Assembly (NCBI GenBank): GCA_044342325.1
Contig: JBIIPZ010000008.1
Location: 1-64,000, forward strand
Origin: Terrimicrobiaceae bacterium
Lineage (GTDB): Bacteria > Verrucomicrobiota > Verrucomicrobiia > Chthoniobacterales > Terrimicrobiaceae
Direction of reading: 5' to 3'
Length of the DNA: 64,000 nucleotides
Shown: piece by piece, positions 18,233-30,092 of the stretch
Layout of the letters: each line of letters starts with the position of its first letter
Numbering within the stretch: position 1 is the stretch's first letter
Made by a program: the position numbers and the translations under genes
Notes under the pieces: generated by a model
What the model was told of the DNA's origin: nothing
The model's database searches: none
Seen by the model: the letters and a program-made list of their open reading frames with translations, nothing else

Positions 18233-19705
18233 TTAAGACTCTGCTCCTTTCTTGTCCGTGATTGCCCTGTCCGCGACGGCTACATCGTCGAAGGGGATTT
18301 TGCTGTCAGCGAATTCTTGGAATTTTTCGTGTCCCTTGCCTGCTATGAGGACGATCCCGCCCGGACCCACGAGTTCAATGGCGCGGCGGATTGCTGCTTC
18401 GCGGTCGGTGATCTTCTCATGGGCGCGACCCCGCAGACCGGCCTGCATGTCCTTGAGGATGTCCTCGGGATTTTCGCTGCGCGGGTTGTCCGATGTGATG
18501 ATGACATGGTCCGAGAGTTCCGCAGCGGCTGCGGCCATGAGCGGGCGTTTGGCGCGATCGCGGTCTCCGCCGCATCCGCAAACGGTGATAAGGTGGGAGG
18601 GATTCAGCTCGCGCAAGGTGCGTAGGACATTTTTCAGCGCATCGTCGGTGTGCGCGTAATCCACAAAAACCTGGAAATTGCGCTTAGATGGAACGCGCTC
18701 AAGGCGTCCGGGGACTTGAGGAGCGGCTGCGAGCGCATTGATCGCGGCCCGCATTTCCACGCCGCATGTCACGGTCGCCGCAATAGCGGCAAGGGCGTTG
18801 TAAACATTGAACAAGCCGATGAGCGGCAGCCTGACGAGGTAGCTTTTGCCTCTGGCCTCCAAAGTGAATGTGGTGCCATTCATCTCCTGACGGACTGCAG
18901 ACGCCCGGAATTCCGCATGAACGCTGCGGCCGAAGGTGAGAATTTTCAGCCGCTTTGAAAATTGATCGACCAGCCTCTGTCCGTAGCGGTCGTCCAGATT
19001 CACAATCGCCCGGCCCTTCTTGTTTTTCTGGCCTGCGAGAGCTTCGAAAAGCCCTGCTTTTGCCTCAAAGTAGGCATCCATCGACCCATGGTAATCGAGG
19101 TGGTCCTGAGTGAGGTTGGTAAAGGCTGCAGCATCAAATTCGATGTTTCGCACGCGGTTCTGCACGATCGCATGGCTGGAAACTTCCATGGCCACGGCGC
19201 GTCCTCCCGTCTCCCGGATTTCGGAGAGGATTTTTTGGATATCAATCGACTCGGGCGTTGTATGCGGGGCGGGGCGCTCCTCATCCGCGACGATGTATTT
19301 GATTGTTCCAATCAGTCCGCAGCGTTGTGAGGCGTGCTCAAAAATATGGCGGATGAGGTAGGTCGTGGTTGTTTTGCCATTCGTGCCTGTGACTCCCACG
19401 CACTTGAGCGCGCGGTCGGGGTGTCCAAAAAACGCGCCGCCAATATCGGCCATGGCCGCCCGGGCGTTTGGAACAACCACAATCGGGCAGGGGCTGTCCG
19501 GTATTTCCTTCTCCGCAATAGCAACGGTAGCTCCCCTCTCGGCGGCTTGTTTTATGTATGCGGCACCATCCGAGTTTTTTCCTGGGAGTGCGAAGAAAAG
19601 CGAGCCCGGAACGGCCTGTCGGGAGTCGAAGCAAAGTGTCGTGATCTCCGGGTCAGCCAGACCCGGTGCGATTCCCGATGATTGAAGAAGGTTTCTCAGA
19701 TTCAT
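18233..19705 (-). CDS. murE: UDP-N-acetylmuramoyl-L-alanyl-D-glutamate--2,6-diaminopimelate ligase
   Basis: GTNGKTTT, MEVSSH, DYAHT, DNPR (meso-DAP specificity motif), AGKGHE. Confidence 0.97.
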   Translation of the reverse strand: MNLRNLLQSSGIAPGLADPEITTLCFDSRQAVPGSLFFALPGKNSDGAAYIKQAAERGATVAIAEKEIPDSPCPIVVVPNARAAMADIGGAFFGHPDRALKCVGVTGTNGKTTTTYLIRHIFEHASQRCGLIGTIKYIVADEERPAPHTTPESIDIQKILSEIRETGGRAVAMEVSSHAIVQNRVRNIEFDAAAFTNLTQDHLDYHGSMDAYFEAKAGLFEALAGQKNKKGRAIVNLDDRYGQRLVDQFSKRLKILTFGRSVHAEFRASAVRQEMNGTTFTLEARGKSYLVRLPLIGLFNVYNALAAIAATVTCGVEMRAAINALAAAPQVPGRLERVPSKRNFQVFVDYAHTDDALKNVLRTLRELNPSHLITVCGCGGDRDRAKRPLMAAAAAELSDHVIITSDNPRSENPEDILKDMQAGLRGRAHEKITDREAAIRRAIELVGPGGIVLIAGKGHEKFQEFADSKIPFDDVAVADRAITDKKGAES

Positions 19706-19709
19706 CGGA

Positions 19710-21476
19710 TCAGTTGCTGCGCTCCTCCGTCGTTGATGTGCTGGCTATCGGGGCGGGTTGAAGAGGAATTGGCGGCATGGTCGGCGTGAGATCCAGATGG
19801 CGTGCAGCGCGCTCCGCGATGCGGGAAAAAATCGGTGCGGCCACCAAGCCGCCGTAGTTCAGGTTCGAAGCGATCTTCGCGTCGTCCACCATGACGAGGA
19901 GCACGAATTTAGGATCCTCTGCCGGCATGTATCCCACAAAAGAAACAACATACTTTCCGGCGGCATACCCACCGTGCGGGCTCACTTTTTGCGCGGTGCC
20001 TGTCTTTCCAGCGACTTGAAAGCCGTTGACCCTTGCAAAGGCGGCGGTGCCTCCGGGTTCGGTGACTCCGATGAGTGCCTGGGACACATAGTGGGCTGTT
20101 TTTTCTGGAACAACCTCCCTCATGACGGTGGGTTCTTTTTTCATCACGACTTCGCCATTTTCCTTCTCCACGGATTGGACGATGCGCGGAGCCATGAGGT
20201 CTCCGCCATTTGCGATCACAGCCATGCCCATCGTGATTTGCAATGGAGTCACAGCAATCGAGTGGCCCATCGGCATGCGTGTGATGGTAAGTTTGTCCCA
20301 GCGGGTCGGGGGATGCACGAGTCCTGGGATTTCTCCTGGTAGCTCGATTCCGAGGCGTTCTCCGAATCCGAAGCGGCGGACATACTCATAGAATTTGTCT
20401 CCTCCCATCATGAGAGCCAGCTTGGCGGAACCGATGTTCGAGGATTTCACGAGAATTTCATGGACATCCATATGTCCGTAGCCGTGGTGGTCCTTGAGAA
20501 TCCGGCCTCCGTAGGCGAAGCGTCCGTTTTCGCAGAAGATGGTTGTCTTTTCATCGACCTTTCCTTCATTGAGCGCGCCTGCGGCCACCACGATTTTGAA
20601 TGTCGATCCCGGCTCGACCATGTCGATGATGGCCCGGTTTTTCATTTGCTCCGGCTGGGCTTTGCCCGGCTCGTTCGGGTTGAAACAGGGGCGGCAGGCC
20701 ATCGCGAGAACGGCCCCGGTTTTTGGATCCACGAGGACGGCGTTGGCGGTTTCGGGCTTTAGGTCTTTGTAGGCCGCATCGAGTTCCTCCTCCAAGATCG
20801 ATTGGAGGCCCATATCGATGGTGAGGCGGACATTTTTGCCATGCTCCGCTTCCTCTTCGAGGCCGCGATAAAGCACGATTTCACGGCCCATGCGGTCGCG
20901 TTCGATGAATCGATACCCATCCTTGCCGACGAGCTGGCTTTCCATGGAAAGTTCGACGCCCTGCACGCCTTTGCCCTCGTGGTTGAGGAATCCCAGAATA
21001 TGTCCAAGAACCTCGCCATTCGGGTAGATGCGAACGGCGTCTTGCTCTGAAAAAACACCTCGCAGGTTTTGTTTCTGCATCTCGTTCAAGAGGGCCATGG
21101 CGGATTCCTCTGGAACCTCGCGTTTCAGAACGATGTATTTTTTTCCGGTGGAAAACTTCTCAAGGACCTCCTTCTCGTCCAGGCTCAGGTGTTTTGAGGC
21201 GAGCGCGGCGAGCGCTTCCGGCTTTTTCATCCGGGATGCATCCGCAACCAAGGTGCGAACAGGAAGGTTTGCAGCAAGAATCTCCCCGTTGCGGTCGAGG
21301 ATCATACCCCGCTTGGCGTGGATAACTTGTCGGATGTTGTGTTTTTTTGCTGCAAGGAGGGCGTATTCCTCATGCTTCGCAACATGCAGATGAATCAATC
21401 GAGCCGAAAAGACGGTAAAGACACTGGCGGCGATGCCACAGGCTATTCCTATGCGTGTGTTCGCCGTAAACTTCAT
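19710..21476 (-). CDS. ftsI: Class B penicillin-binding protein FtsI/PBP3
   Basis: RGMILDRNG, EPGSTFK (SxxK), KSSN (SxN), KTGT. Confidence 0.94.
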   Translation of the reverse strand: MKFTANTRIGIACGIAASVFTVFSARLIHLHVAKHEEYALLAAKKHNIRQVIHAKRGMILDRNGEILAANLPVRTLVADASRMKKPEALAALASKHLSLDEKEVLEKFSTGKKYIVLKREVPEESAMALLNEMQKQNLRGVFSEQDAVRIYPNGEVLGHILGFLNHEGKGVQGVELSMESQLVGKDGYRFIERDRMGREIVLYRGLEEEAEHGKNVRLTIDMGLQSILEEELDAAYKDLKPETANAVLVDPKTGAVLAMACRPCFNPNEPGKAQPEQMKNRAIIDMVEPGSTFKIVVAAGALNEGKVDEKTTIFCENGRFAYGGRILKDHHGYGHMDVHEILVKSSNIGSAKLALMMGGDKFYEYVRRFGFGERLGIELPGEIPGLVHPPTRWDKLTITRMPMGHSIAVTPLQITMGMAVIANGGDLMAPRIVQSVEKENGEVVMKKEPTVMREVVPEKTAHYVSQALIGVTEPGGTAAFARVNGFQVAGKTGTAQKVSPHGGYAAGKYVVSFVGYMPAEDPKFVLLVMVDDAKIASNLNYGGLVAAPIFSRIAERAARHLDLTPTMPPIPLQPAPIASTSTTEERSN

Positions 21477-21847
21477 TGCCGGCCGACTTCGTTGAATGCT
21501 GTGCGCAGGGTTCCAACCTCTGTGGCTTGCACGGGAGGCGTGAGGCGCGCGATTTTGTCTCCTGTGATGTTCACGACGGCGATGTAGCCGGATTTTACGC
21601 GCGCCTGCAGCGCTGGGCGGGATGTGAGTTCGGTCACCTTGGCGAGGAGGACATCATTCTCAGCACGAACCTGGTGGATTTTGCGCTCGGTCTGGCGGAT
21701 TTGTTCTCCGATCGCGAATTGCTGGTTTTTGATATTCACGAAGCTAAGGCCCACGCCGAGCAGGACGGCTAATATGGCCGAGACGCAGAGAATTTTCCCG
21801 AGTTGGATGGGGTTGGAATTAGTGGGTGTCGTCAGTTCGGTGTTCAT
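21473..21847 (-). CDS. ftsL: Cell division protein FtsL-like
   Basis: Short N-terminus, one TM helix and a coiled coil; lies between rsmH and ftsI. Confidence 0.7.
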   Translation of the reverse strand: MNTELTTPTNSNPIQLGKILCVSAILAVLLGVGLSFVNIKNQQFAIGEQIRQTERKIHQVRAENDVLLAKVTELTSRPALQARVKSGYIAVVNITGDKIARLTPPVQATEVGTLRTAFNEVGRQ

Positions 21848-21857
21848 GGTTGGACTC

Positions 21858-22784
21858 CTATATTTTTTCGACAACACGCAGCTTGGCGCTGCGCGATCTT
21901 GGGTTTCGCTGCATTTCTCCTTCGCTTGGGGCGATCGGATGGGGGGTGAGAAGCTTGAAAAGGCGGTCGGGGTTGCGGCGTGGCTTGGGCCACTCGGGGC
22001 GGTCAATCCACTCGCGGCTGTGCTCGCGGAAGAACACCTTCACGATGCGGTCCTCGAGAGAGTGGAAGGTGATGACCGCCAGACGGGCACCTGGTGCGAG
22101 ACGCTCAGGAAGGGTGTGGAGGGCGTGGCGTAGCGCGTCGAGCTCATCATTCACATGAATGCGCAGGGCCTGAAAAATCTTTGTCGCTGGGTGTTTCGCG
22201 CTACGGCGAGGGGACACGCTCTCCACCGCTTTGACGAGGTCGAATGTTGTCTTGAAGGAGTGAGTGGCGCGAACCTCGACGATTTTCGCTGCGATGCGCC
22301 GTGCATTTTGCTCTTCGCCGTATTGTTGAAAAATCCGAGTGAGTTCTGCTGCTGGAAGCGTATTTACAACATCTGCGGCGGATTGTGCCGCACGAGGACT
22401 CATCCGCATGTCGAGTGGGCCTTCGCGCATGAGCGAGAATCCGCGCTCGGCTTCATCGAGTTGATGTGAGGAGACGCCAATGTCCAGCAGCGCGCCGTTC
22501 AGGAGGCGTTCTTCTCCGATGTTGTCGAGTGCGTCACAGGCATCGCGAAAATTCGATTCTACAAAGCGTGCGCTCGATTCGAAAGTTTTCAGCCTTTCGC
22601 GGCATTCGGCAAGGGCTTGGGGGTCCTGATCGAGCCCGATAACCTCCGCGCCGGCTTGCAAAAGCAAAGCTGAGTGTCCACCGCCACCTGCCGTCCCGTC
22701 CAAAAACAACATTCCAGGCTCGGGTTGCAGATAGGCTTTGATCTGCTTTGCCATCACCGGCACATGGTAGGTGCTGCCTTGCAT
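21858..22784 (-). CDS. rsmH: 16S rRNA m4C1402 methyltransferase RsmH
   Basis: HVPVM, DGTAGGGGHS, DIGVSSHQLD, FHSLEDRIVK, NPRSRSAKLR; AGGAGG Shine-Dalgarno upstream of ATG 22784. Confidence 0.96.
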   Translation of the reverse strand: MQGSTYHVPVMAKQIKAYLQPEPGMLFLDGTAGGGGHSALLLQAGAEVIGLDQDPQALAECRERLKTFESSARFVESNFRDACDALDNIGEERLLNGALLDIGVSSHQLDEAERGFSLMREGPLDMRMSPRAAQSAADVVNTLPAAELTRIFQQYGEEQNARRIAAKIVEVRATHSFKTTFDLVKAVESVSPRRSAKHPATKIFQALRIHVNDELDALRHALHTLPERLAPGARLAVITFHSLEDRIVKVFFREHSREWIDRPEWPKPRRNPDRLFKLLTPHPIAPSEGEMQRNPRSRSAKLRVVEKI

Positions 22785-22978
22785 ATCAAGGCCTCCTGAA
22801 AAAACTCCCAAATGAATGTCGGAATCGAGATCTCGCATAGGAATGGATGCTGGAAAATTTCATTGGGTATCCACATGGTAGATCCTGGTTTCACCCTCTT
22901 CCGAAAAGGGCCTCCGGGATTCATCTGTGGATTTTTAGTTTTGTTTCATCAGGTGTTTGTTGTTGGGAATTCGGAAAA

Positions 22979-23431
22979 TTAGAGGCCGATATCGACGGCC
23001 ACGCGTTTGTAGATCTCATCGTTCGCTGACGAGGCGGCAGCGTGGCGTTCCTTCGACCACAACTCGAAACGGCGTCCCGCGCCGATAAACACAATCTCAC
23101 CGGAAAGGTCTGCAGCGGCGGCGTGTGAGTCAGGGATCAGAATGCGGCCTTGCTTGTCGGTGGCGACTTTGTGCGCGGCGCTGAAAAATTGACGGATCGC
23201 TTGGCGTTTTTCCTGGGCTGTTGCGCCGGAATTCTGAATCCGCTGCTCGGTGGAGTGAAATTCCTCCTGCGGCATGACCATGAGGTATCCCTCCTGAGGG
23301 TGGGGGATTACGAAAAATTCCGCCCCCTCGCTTTTGACCCATGCCGATGGCACCGCCGCGCGATTTTTGGCATCAATCGCGCGCTCGTATGTCCCCGAGT
23401 AAAAGGGCGGTGCTGTAGGCTCTTGCGGCAT
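22979..23431 (-). CDS. mraZ: Division/cell wall cluster transcriptional repressor MraZ
   Basis: Duplicated IDAKNR.AVP / DKQGRILIP motifs, G.G.RFELW; first gene of the dcw cluster. Confidence 0.93.
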   Translation of the reverse strand: MPQEPTAPPFYSGTYERAIDAKNRAAVPSAWVKSEGAEFFVIPHPQEGYLMVMPQEEFHSTEQRIQNSGATAQEKRQAIRQFFSAAHKVATDKQGRILIPDSHAAAADLSGEIVFIGAGRRFELWSKERHAAASSANDEIYKRVAVDIGL

Positions 23432-23462
23432 TTATGGGTTTTGGGATATTTGGACAGAATTC

Positions 23463-23505
23463 GCCACTGCTCCCCACAATTACCCATTTTTACCCACCAA
23501 TGCAA
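23463..23505 (-). promoter_or_regulatory. MraZ operator (four phased repeats) overlapping the probable dcw promoter
   Basis: Minus strand GTGGG-N5-ATGGG-N5-GTGGG-N5-GTGGC at exact 10-bp spacing, overlapping TTGCAT-N17-TAATTG. Confidence 0.85.
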
Positions 23506-23585
23506 TAAAAACTTTAGAAATTTTTTGATCTCTTGGGTCGTTTTCCCGATTGACCAATGTGATGGGCGGGCGAAAGATGTCGGAC

Positions 23586-25728
<2,143 letters not shown>

Positions 25729-25735
25729 TCTCAAG

Positions 25736-26305
25736 ATGACCCCCGCGCTCGCAAAGGCACTCCCGTCGCAGCCGTGCAGCGATTTTCTTGAGGTATTGAA
25801 AACGCGCTTTGAGTCGAACATGCGGCGGCATGCCGACTCAGCCTGGCCTCAAGTCCAAGCGAGGTTGGAGGCGAACGCTGGAAAGCTTTGGTCCCTTCAT
25901 GAAATGGAGCGCACCGGAGGAGAGCCCGATGTGGTTGGCCAAGATCGAGTGACTGGAGAGCTCATTTTCGTGGATTGCTCCGAACAAACTCCGAAGGGAC
26001 GAACCTCCGTCTGCTACGACAGGGAAGCCCTCGAGTCGCGCAAGGTCGCTAGGCCAGAGAACAGCGCGATCGATATGGCGGCGGAGATGGGGATTCAGAT
26101 TTTGACCGAGGAGGAATACCGAGAACTGCAAATGCTCGGTGAGCTTGATACAAAGACATCGAGTTGGGTTAGAACGCCCGAAAGTGTTCGAAGCTTCGGG
26201 GGAGCGATATTTTGTGATCGCCGGTTCGGTCGCGTCTTTACCTATCACAATGGTCCGCAGTCTTACTTTGGAGTCCGAGCGTTTCGAGGATCTCTCAGGA
26301 TTTAA
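25736..26305 (+). CDS. DUF4256-like protein
   Basis: LKTRFE.NM.RH, MERTGGEPDVV, D.KTSSW, YHNG..SY...RAFRGSL pattern. Confidence 0.8.
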   Translation: MTPALAKALPSQPCSDFLEVLKTRFESNMRRHADSAWPQVQARLEANAGKLWSLHEMERTGGEPDVVGQDRVTGELIFVDCSEQTPKGRTSVCYDREALESRKVARPENSAIDMAAEMGIQILTEEEYRELQMLGELDTKTSSWVRTPESVRSFGGAIFCDRRFGRVFTYHNGPQSYFGVRAFRGSLRI

Positions 26306-26380
26306 AATCGCGCAGAGGTTTTGTTTTCGCCTTCTGAGTTCCTCCTTGTCGGAGCCTCGCGGTCGGTGGGAGATTGCTTT

Positions 26381-27628
26381 ATGGATTCATTTTTTCAAAA
26401 GCTCGGGAATGCTGTTCTGACGCGCTGGAAGCAGGAGAATTTCTCACTGGAAAAATTTTCCGGCATCGCGGTGGACGAGTTGCAGAACAACCCGCCGGCC
26501 GCGCATGTGGATCTGGAGAAGTTTCTTCGAGGCTTTCTGCTTGATGATGCTCAGCCTTCGCAGACGGAGTCTGGATTTGGTGAGCCTGAGATCATTGTTT
26601 ATGAGAACCCTCGTTTTTACATCCAGTTGCTTTTTTGGATGGATGGCACGACGGCGATTCATCAGCACGAATTCTCCGGTGCGTTCCATGTGATGTCGGG
26701 ATCGAGCATTCATGCACAATTCGAGTTTGAAAACGAAACCGCGATCACGCCGCATTTCCGTGTGGGTGATTTGCAGATGAGGGACATTTCCCTACTCGAG
26801 ACGGGGTGCACGGTGCCTATTGTTTCGGGTCGGTCCTGTATCCACTCCCTTTTTCATTTGGATACGCCATCGATCACGGCGGTCGTGCGCACGCAGCATG
26901 ATCCGGGCACTGGCCCGCAATTCAACTATCTCCCTCCGCATGTCGCATATGATCCCGTTTTCAGCGACCCACTCACGCTGAGGCGTCGCCAGGTGCTTGA
27001 TGTGCTCGAGCAAATTCAGGATCCTGCCTATTTGGATCTGGTGCTGGAGATGATCCAGGAGTTGGACTTCGAGCGAGGTTTTCACACCCTCCAAAACTGC
27101 ATGGGACACCTGCAGGATTCGGGGGCGTGGGAGCAAGTGTATGCGGCTTTTCAGAAAAAACACGGTGCTCTCTCGCTGGGTATCGAAGCCACTTTGGACG
27201 AGTGCGGGCGGCGGGATCGCATCAAGGCCATGCGGGCCCGCATTTCAGACCCCGAGCATCGCTTTTTTCTGGCGCTGCTGCTGAATGTCCGCACGCGGTG
27301 CGATCTTTTCTCGCTCGTTGCCCAGCGCTTCCCGGAGGCGTCTGTGGTTGATGTCATCATCCGCTGGAGTGAAGAACTTCTGGAGGAGACGGATTGCGGT
27401 GTCGCCATTTTGGATGCGGTTTTTCCACAGGAGTTAGATGTCGATTTTGCCGAACAACCCAGTGTGTTTCTTGCCGCGTTGAGGAAAATTTTGGATGCCG
27501 ATTTCAAAGTGCCTAAGGGGTTCCCAAAAGACGCACTGGAGCCACTCAGGAGCGCTTTGGCCGAATCAAGTTTGGGGCTTTTGGTCGGGGAAAATGACGC
27601 CTGTTTTTCGCAAGTCCGTGCAGGTTGA
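26381..27628 (+). CDS. Hypothetical protein with an N-terminal cupin-like (HxH...H) domain
   Basis: 415-aa ORF with TTAIHQHEFSGAFHVMSG and IHSLFH. Confidence 0.65.
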   Translation: MDSFFQKLGNAVLTRWKQENFSLEKFSGIAVDELQNNPPAAHVDLEKFLRGFLLDDAQPSQTESGFGEPEIIVYENPRFYIQLLFWMDGTTAIHQHEFSGAFHVMSGSSIHAQFEFENETAITPHFRVGDLQMRDISLLETGCTVPIVSGRSCIHSLFHLDTPSITAVVRTQHDPGTGPQFNYLPPHVAYDPVFSDPLTLRRRQVLDVLEQIQDPAYLDLVLEMIQELDFERGFHTLQNCMGHLQDSGAWEQVYAAFQKKHGALSLGIEATLDECGRRDRIKAMRARISDPEHRFFLALLLNVRTRCDLFSLVAQRFPEASVVDVIIRWSEELLEETDCGVAILDAVFPQELDVDFAEQPSVFLAALRKILDADFKVPKGFPKDALEPLRSALAESSLGLLVGENDACFSQVRAG

Positions 27629-27891
27629 GTCTGAGTGCGCGGAGTTTGCAAATGCGACAAATTAAAAAAGTTTCGAAATTCCCCTTGCCGAGAAGCGCAG
27701 TTTGCTATCTACCTACTTGCACAAATGATGCCTCGTAAAGAGATCTGCCATTTTTCTGTTTTTGTTTCGTCTGCATGCGGCGCTTGATTTCTCTTTTTTC
27801 AACGCGCGGCATGCGCTCGTTTTTCACCCACGCTGCGGCACGATGAATTTGATTCGTGCGCTGAATTCACACCCCTCACAGAGGAGCTTCT

Positions 27892-28518
27892 ATTAATATC
27901 AAGGACATCCGTATCAATGAACGAATCCGCGCCCGCGAGGTGCGCGTGATTCTTGCCGCAACCAATGAACAGCTCGGCGTCATGCGCCTGGACGAAGCGA
28001 TCCGGCGAGCCCGTGCTCTCGGACTGGATCTCGTCGAGATCGCTCCCAATGCCCAACCGCCCGTCTGCCGTATCGTGGATTTCGGGAAATTCCGCTACGA
28101 CCTGGCGAAGCAGGAGAAGGAAAAGAAACACGCGGTCAGCAAGGTGAAGGAAATCAAGTTCCGGGTGAATATCGACGCCCATGACTACCTCACCAAGATT
28201 CGGCATGCGGAGGACTTTCTCGACAAGGGCAACAAGGTGAAAATCCAGCTCCAGTTCCGTGGCCGCGAAATGGCCCACCAGAATCTTGGGTTGCTCGTTG
28301 TTCAGCGTGTGCGGGATGACTTGGCGGGAATGGCCCATGTGGACATGGAGCCCAAACTTGTGGGACGCGCTGTAGGCATGACGCTCAGTCCGCTTCCTGC
28401 AAACAAGCGTCACCGCAAATTCACCAAACACGGCGAAATCCTCGAACCTGAGCCCGAAGAGGCTCCACATGAGGACGACGACCACGAGGACGATGCACCT
28501 GCCGGTGATGCAAACTGA
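27892..28518 (+). CDS. infC: Translation initiation factor IF-3 (ATT start)
   Basis: INIKDIRINERIRAREVRVI, LDLVEIAPNAQPPVC, KVKEIKFR, FRGRE. An in-frame TGA lies at 27862; GAGGAG at 27881-27886 precedes ATT 27892. Confidence 0.95.
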   Translation: MNIKDIRINERIRAREVRVILAATNEQLGVMRLDEAIRRARALGLDLVEIAPNAQPPVCRIVDFGKFRYDLAKQEKEKKHAVSKVKEIKFRVNIDAHDYLTKIRHAEDFLDKGNKVKIQLQFRGREMAHQNLGLLVVQRVRDDLAGMAHVDMEPKLVGRAVGMTLSPLPANKRHRKFTKHGEILEPEPEEAPHEDDDHEDDAPAGDAN

Positions 28519-29197
28519 GCGGCGTCTCCTGCTGTTTGACATCGACGGCACGCTGATCACATCCGGCGGCGCAGGCGAGGGGGCTTTGAAGGATGCGATG
28601 AAGGTGCGTTTCGGTGTGGAAGAGGATTTACAGGGGATTCTTTTAGCTGGTGCCACGGATGCAAAAATCGCACGCGAGCTTTTGGCCAAGCACGGTATCG
28701 AAGTGAGTGCTGAAAATGTGGCGGCTCTTTTGGATGAATATTTGCAGCATCTGGCGGGGCGGATGTCCCGGCACGATGGCAGGTTGTTGCCCGGCATTGT
28801 TCCTGTCCTGCAGGCTCTGGAAAATCACCCGGAAGCCGTCTTGGCCTTGCTTACGGGAAATCTCACTCGCGGCGCGGAGATCAAGCTTACACACTATGGG
28901 GTGTGGAATTTTTTCGAGTTCGGAGCCTTTGCGGATGATCACCATGACCGCAATGAGTTGGGGAAATTCGCTCGCTCCCGGGCGCATGAGCGGCACGGCA
29001 TCGAGTTCCCGCCCGAGCGGGTTTATGTCATCGGCGACACGCCTCGGGATATCGAGTGTGGGCGTGCCATCGGAGCCAAGACCGTGGCCATAGCGACCGG
29101 GCATTACTCAATGCCCGAATTGGCGGAGCATGCGCCGGATTTTCTTTTTGAGGATTTCTCGGACACACAGCGTGTGCTCGGGTGCCTGCTCGGATAG
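28508..29197 (+). CDS. HAD-family hydrolase (phosphoglycolate phosphatase-like)
   Basis: FDIDGTL, LTGN, IGDTPRD. Confidence 0.88.
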   Translation: MQTERRLLLFDIDGTLITSGGAGEGALKDAMKVRFGVEEDLQGILLAGATDAKIARELLAKHGIEVSAENVAALLDEYLQHLAGRMSRHDGRLLPGIVPVLQALENHPEAVLALLTGNLTRGAEIKLTHYGVWNFFEFGAFADDHHDRNELGKFARSRAHERHGIEFPPERVYVIGDTPRDIECGRAIGAKTVAIATGHYSMPELAEHAPDFLFEDFSDTQRVLGCLLG

Positions 29198-29202
29198 CGA
29201 CC

Positions 29203-30039
29203 TCAGGGAGTGCCGCTTTGTTCGGCAGGTTTTTTCTTCGCTTTTGCGAAAGGTAGGCGCAGAGGCACCTCCCCGAGGCGTTTGGGTTTGAGGTGCGGTT
29301 TGTTGCCGAGTGCGTCTCGCTGATAAAGATACTCCGAGAGTGTTGCCGATATTTCGTGCGCTGTGCGCCTTGTGTCGAAGCTCACGCCGCTGCGAATGCC
29401 ATCCACCGCGTTGAATAGCGAGGTCAGAGCCATGGGGCCGCTCACTGGCAGTGTGACAATTCCGCCTATGCCTTGGGAAATGTTCGATCCTCCTGTGGTT
29501 TCGAAGGCGAGAAATTTGTTTGGAACCGGCCCTGATAATTCCTGAACGACGACGATCGTTTCCATTTTGGTTCCTCCGGCACCCAGCCCCAGTGTGCTGC
29601 GGAGGAGGCGGCTACCTTGGTTGATTCGTGCGAATCGGCCCGTGAGCACCCAGTAGTTTCCGCGTGGCAGGCCGTCCTCTGGGGAAATGACGCGGGCCGG
29701 AGCGACATGAGTGCCGAGTTTTTTGACCAGATGCCGGTTCAGGCGGGCTTGGAGCTCCGCTCGGAAGGTTTCGAAGTCCTTGCCCGTTCTATCCACGCGC
29801 AGCCCGTCCTCGTTCAGGGCAAAGGGAAGGATGAGGATTTCTTCGGGCGCGACGCTCGGAGGATTGGCGCTCGTTTGGCGGATATTGTCCACGCTCACCG
29901 AGGCACATGATGCGAGGCAGAAGGACAATCCTGCGAAGATCAGCCGGGCAGCCCGACAGAGTGAGGTTTTTAGGCGGATTGGAATGGCGTCGAAATTCAA
30001 CAGGCGGGAGAGGGAATCAGATGAGGCCGCCGTCCTCAA
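29203..30039 (-). CDS. DUF4410-like lipoprotein (start uncertain)
   Basis: Lipobox LASC; NQGSRLLR...GLGAGGTKM motif. Confidence 0.65.
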   Translation of the reverse strand: MRTAASSDSLSRLLNFDAIPIRLKTSLCRAARLIFAGLSFCLASCASVSVDNIRQTSANPPSVAPEEILILPFALNEDGLRVDRTGKDFETFRAELQARLNRHLVKKLGTHVAPARVISPEDGLPRGNYWVLTGRFARINQGSRLLRSTLGLGAGGTKMETIVVVQELSGPVPNKFLAFETTGGSNISQGIGGIVTLPVSGPMALTSLFNAVDGIRSGVSFDTRRTAHEISATLSEYLYQRDALGNKPHLKPKRLGEVPLRLPFAKAKKKPAEQSGTP

Positions 30040-30092
30040 GACTCAAAAGCCAGGAGTTGAACCGCAGGCCATCATCACGCATCGTGGCGCGT

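Noticed and set aside
22885..22955. Hammerhead ribozyme (CTGATGA and GAAA on the minus strand)
   Set aside because: Stems II and III cannot be formed in the required order around the core.
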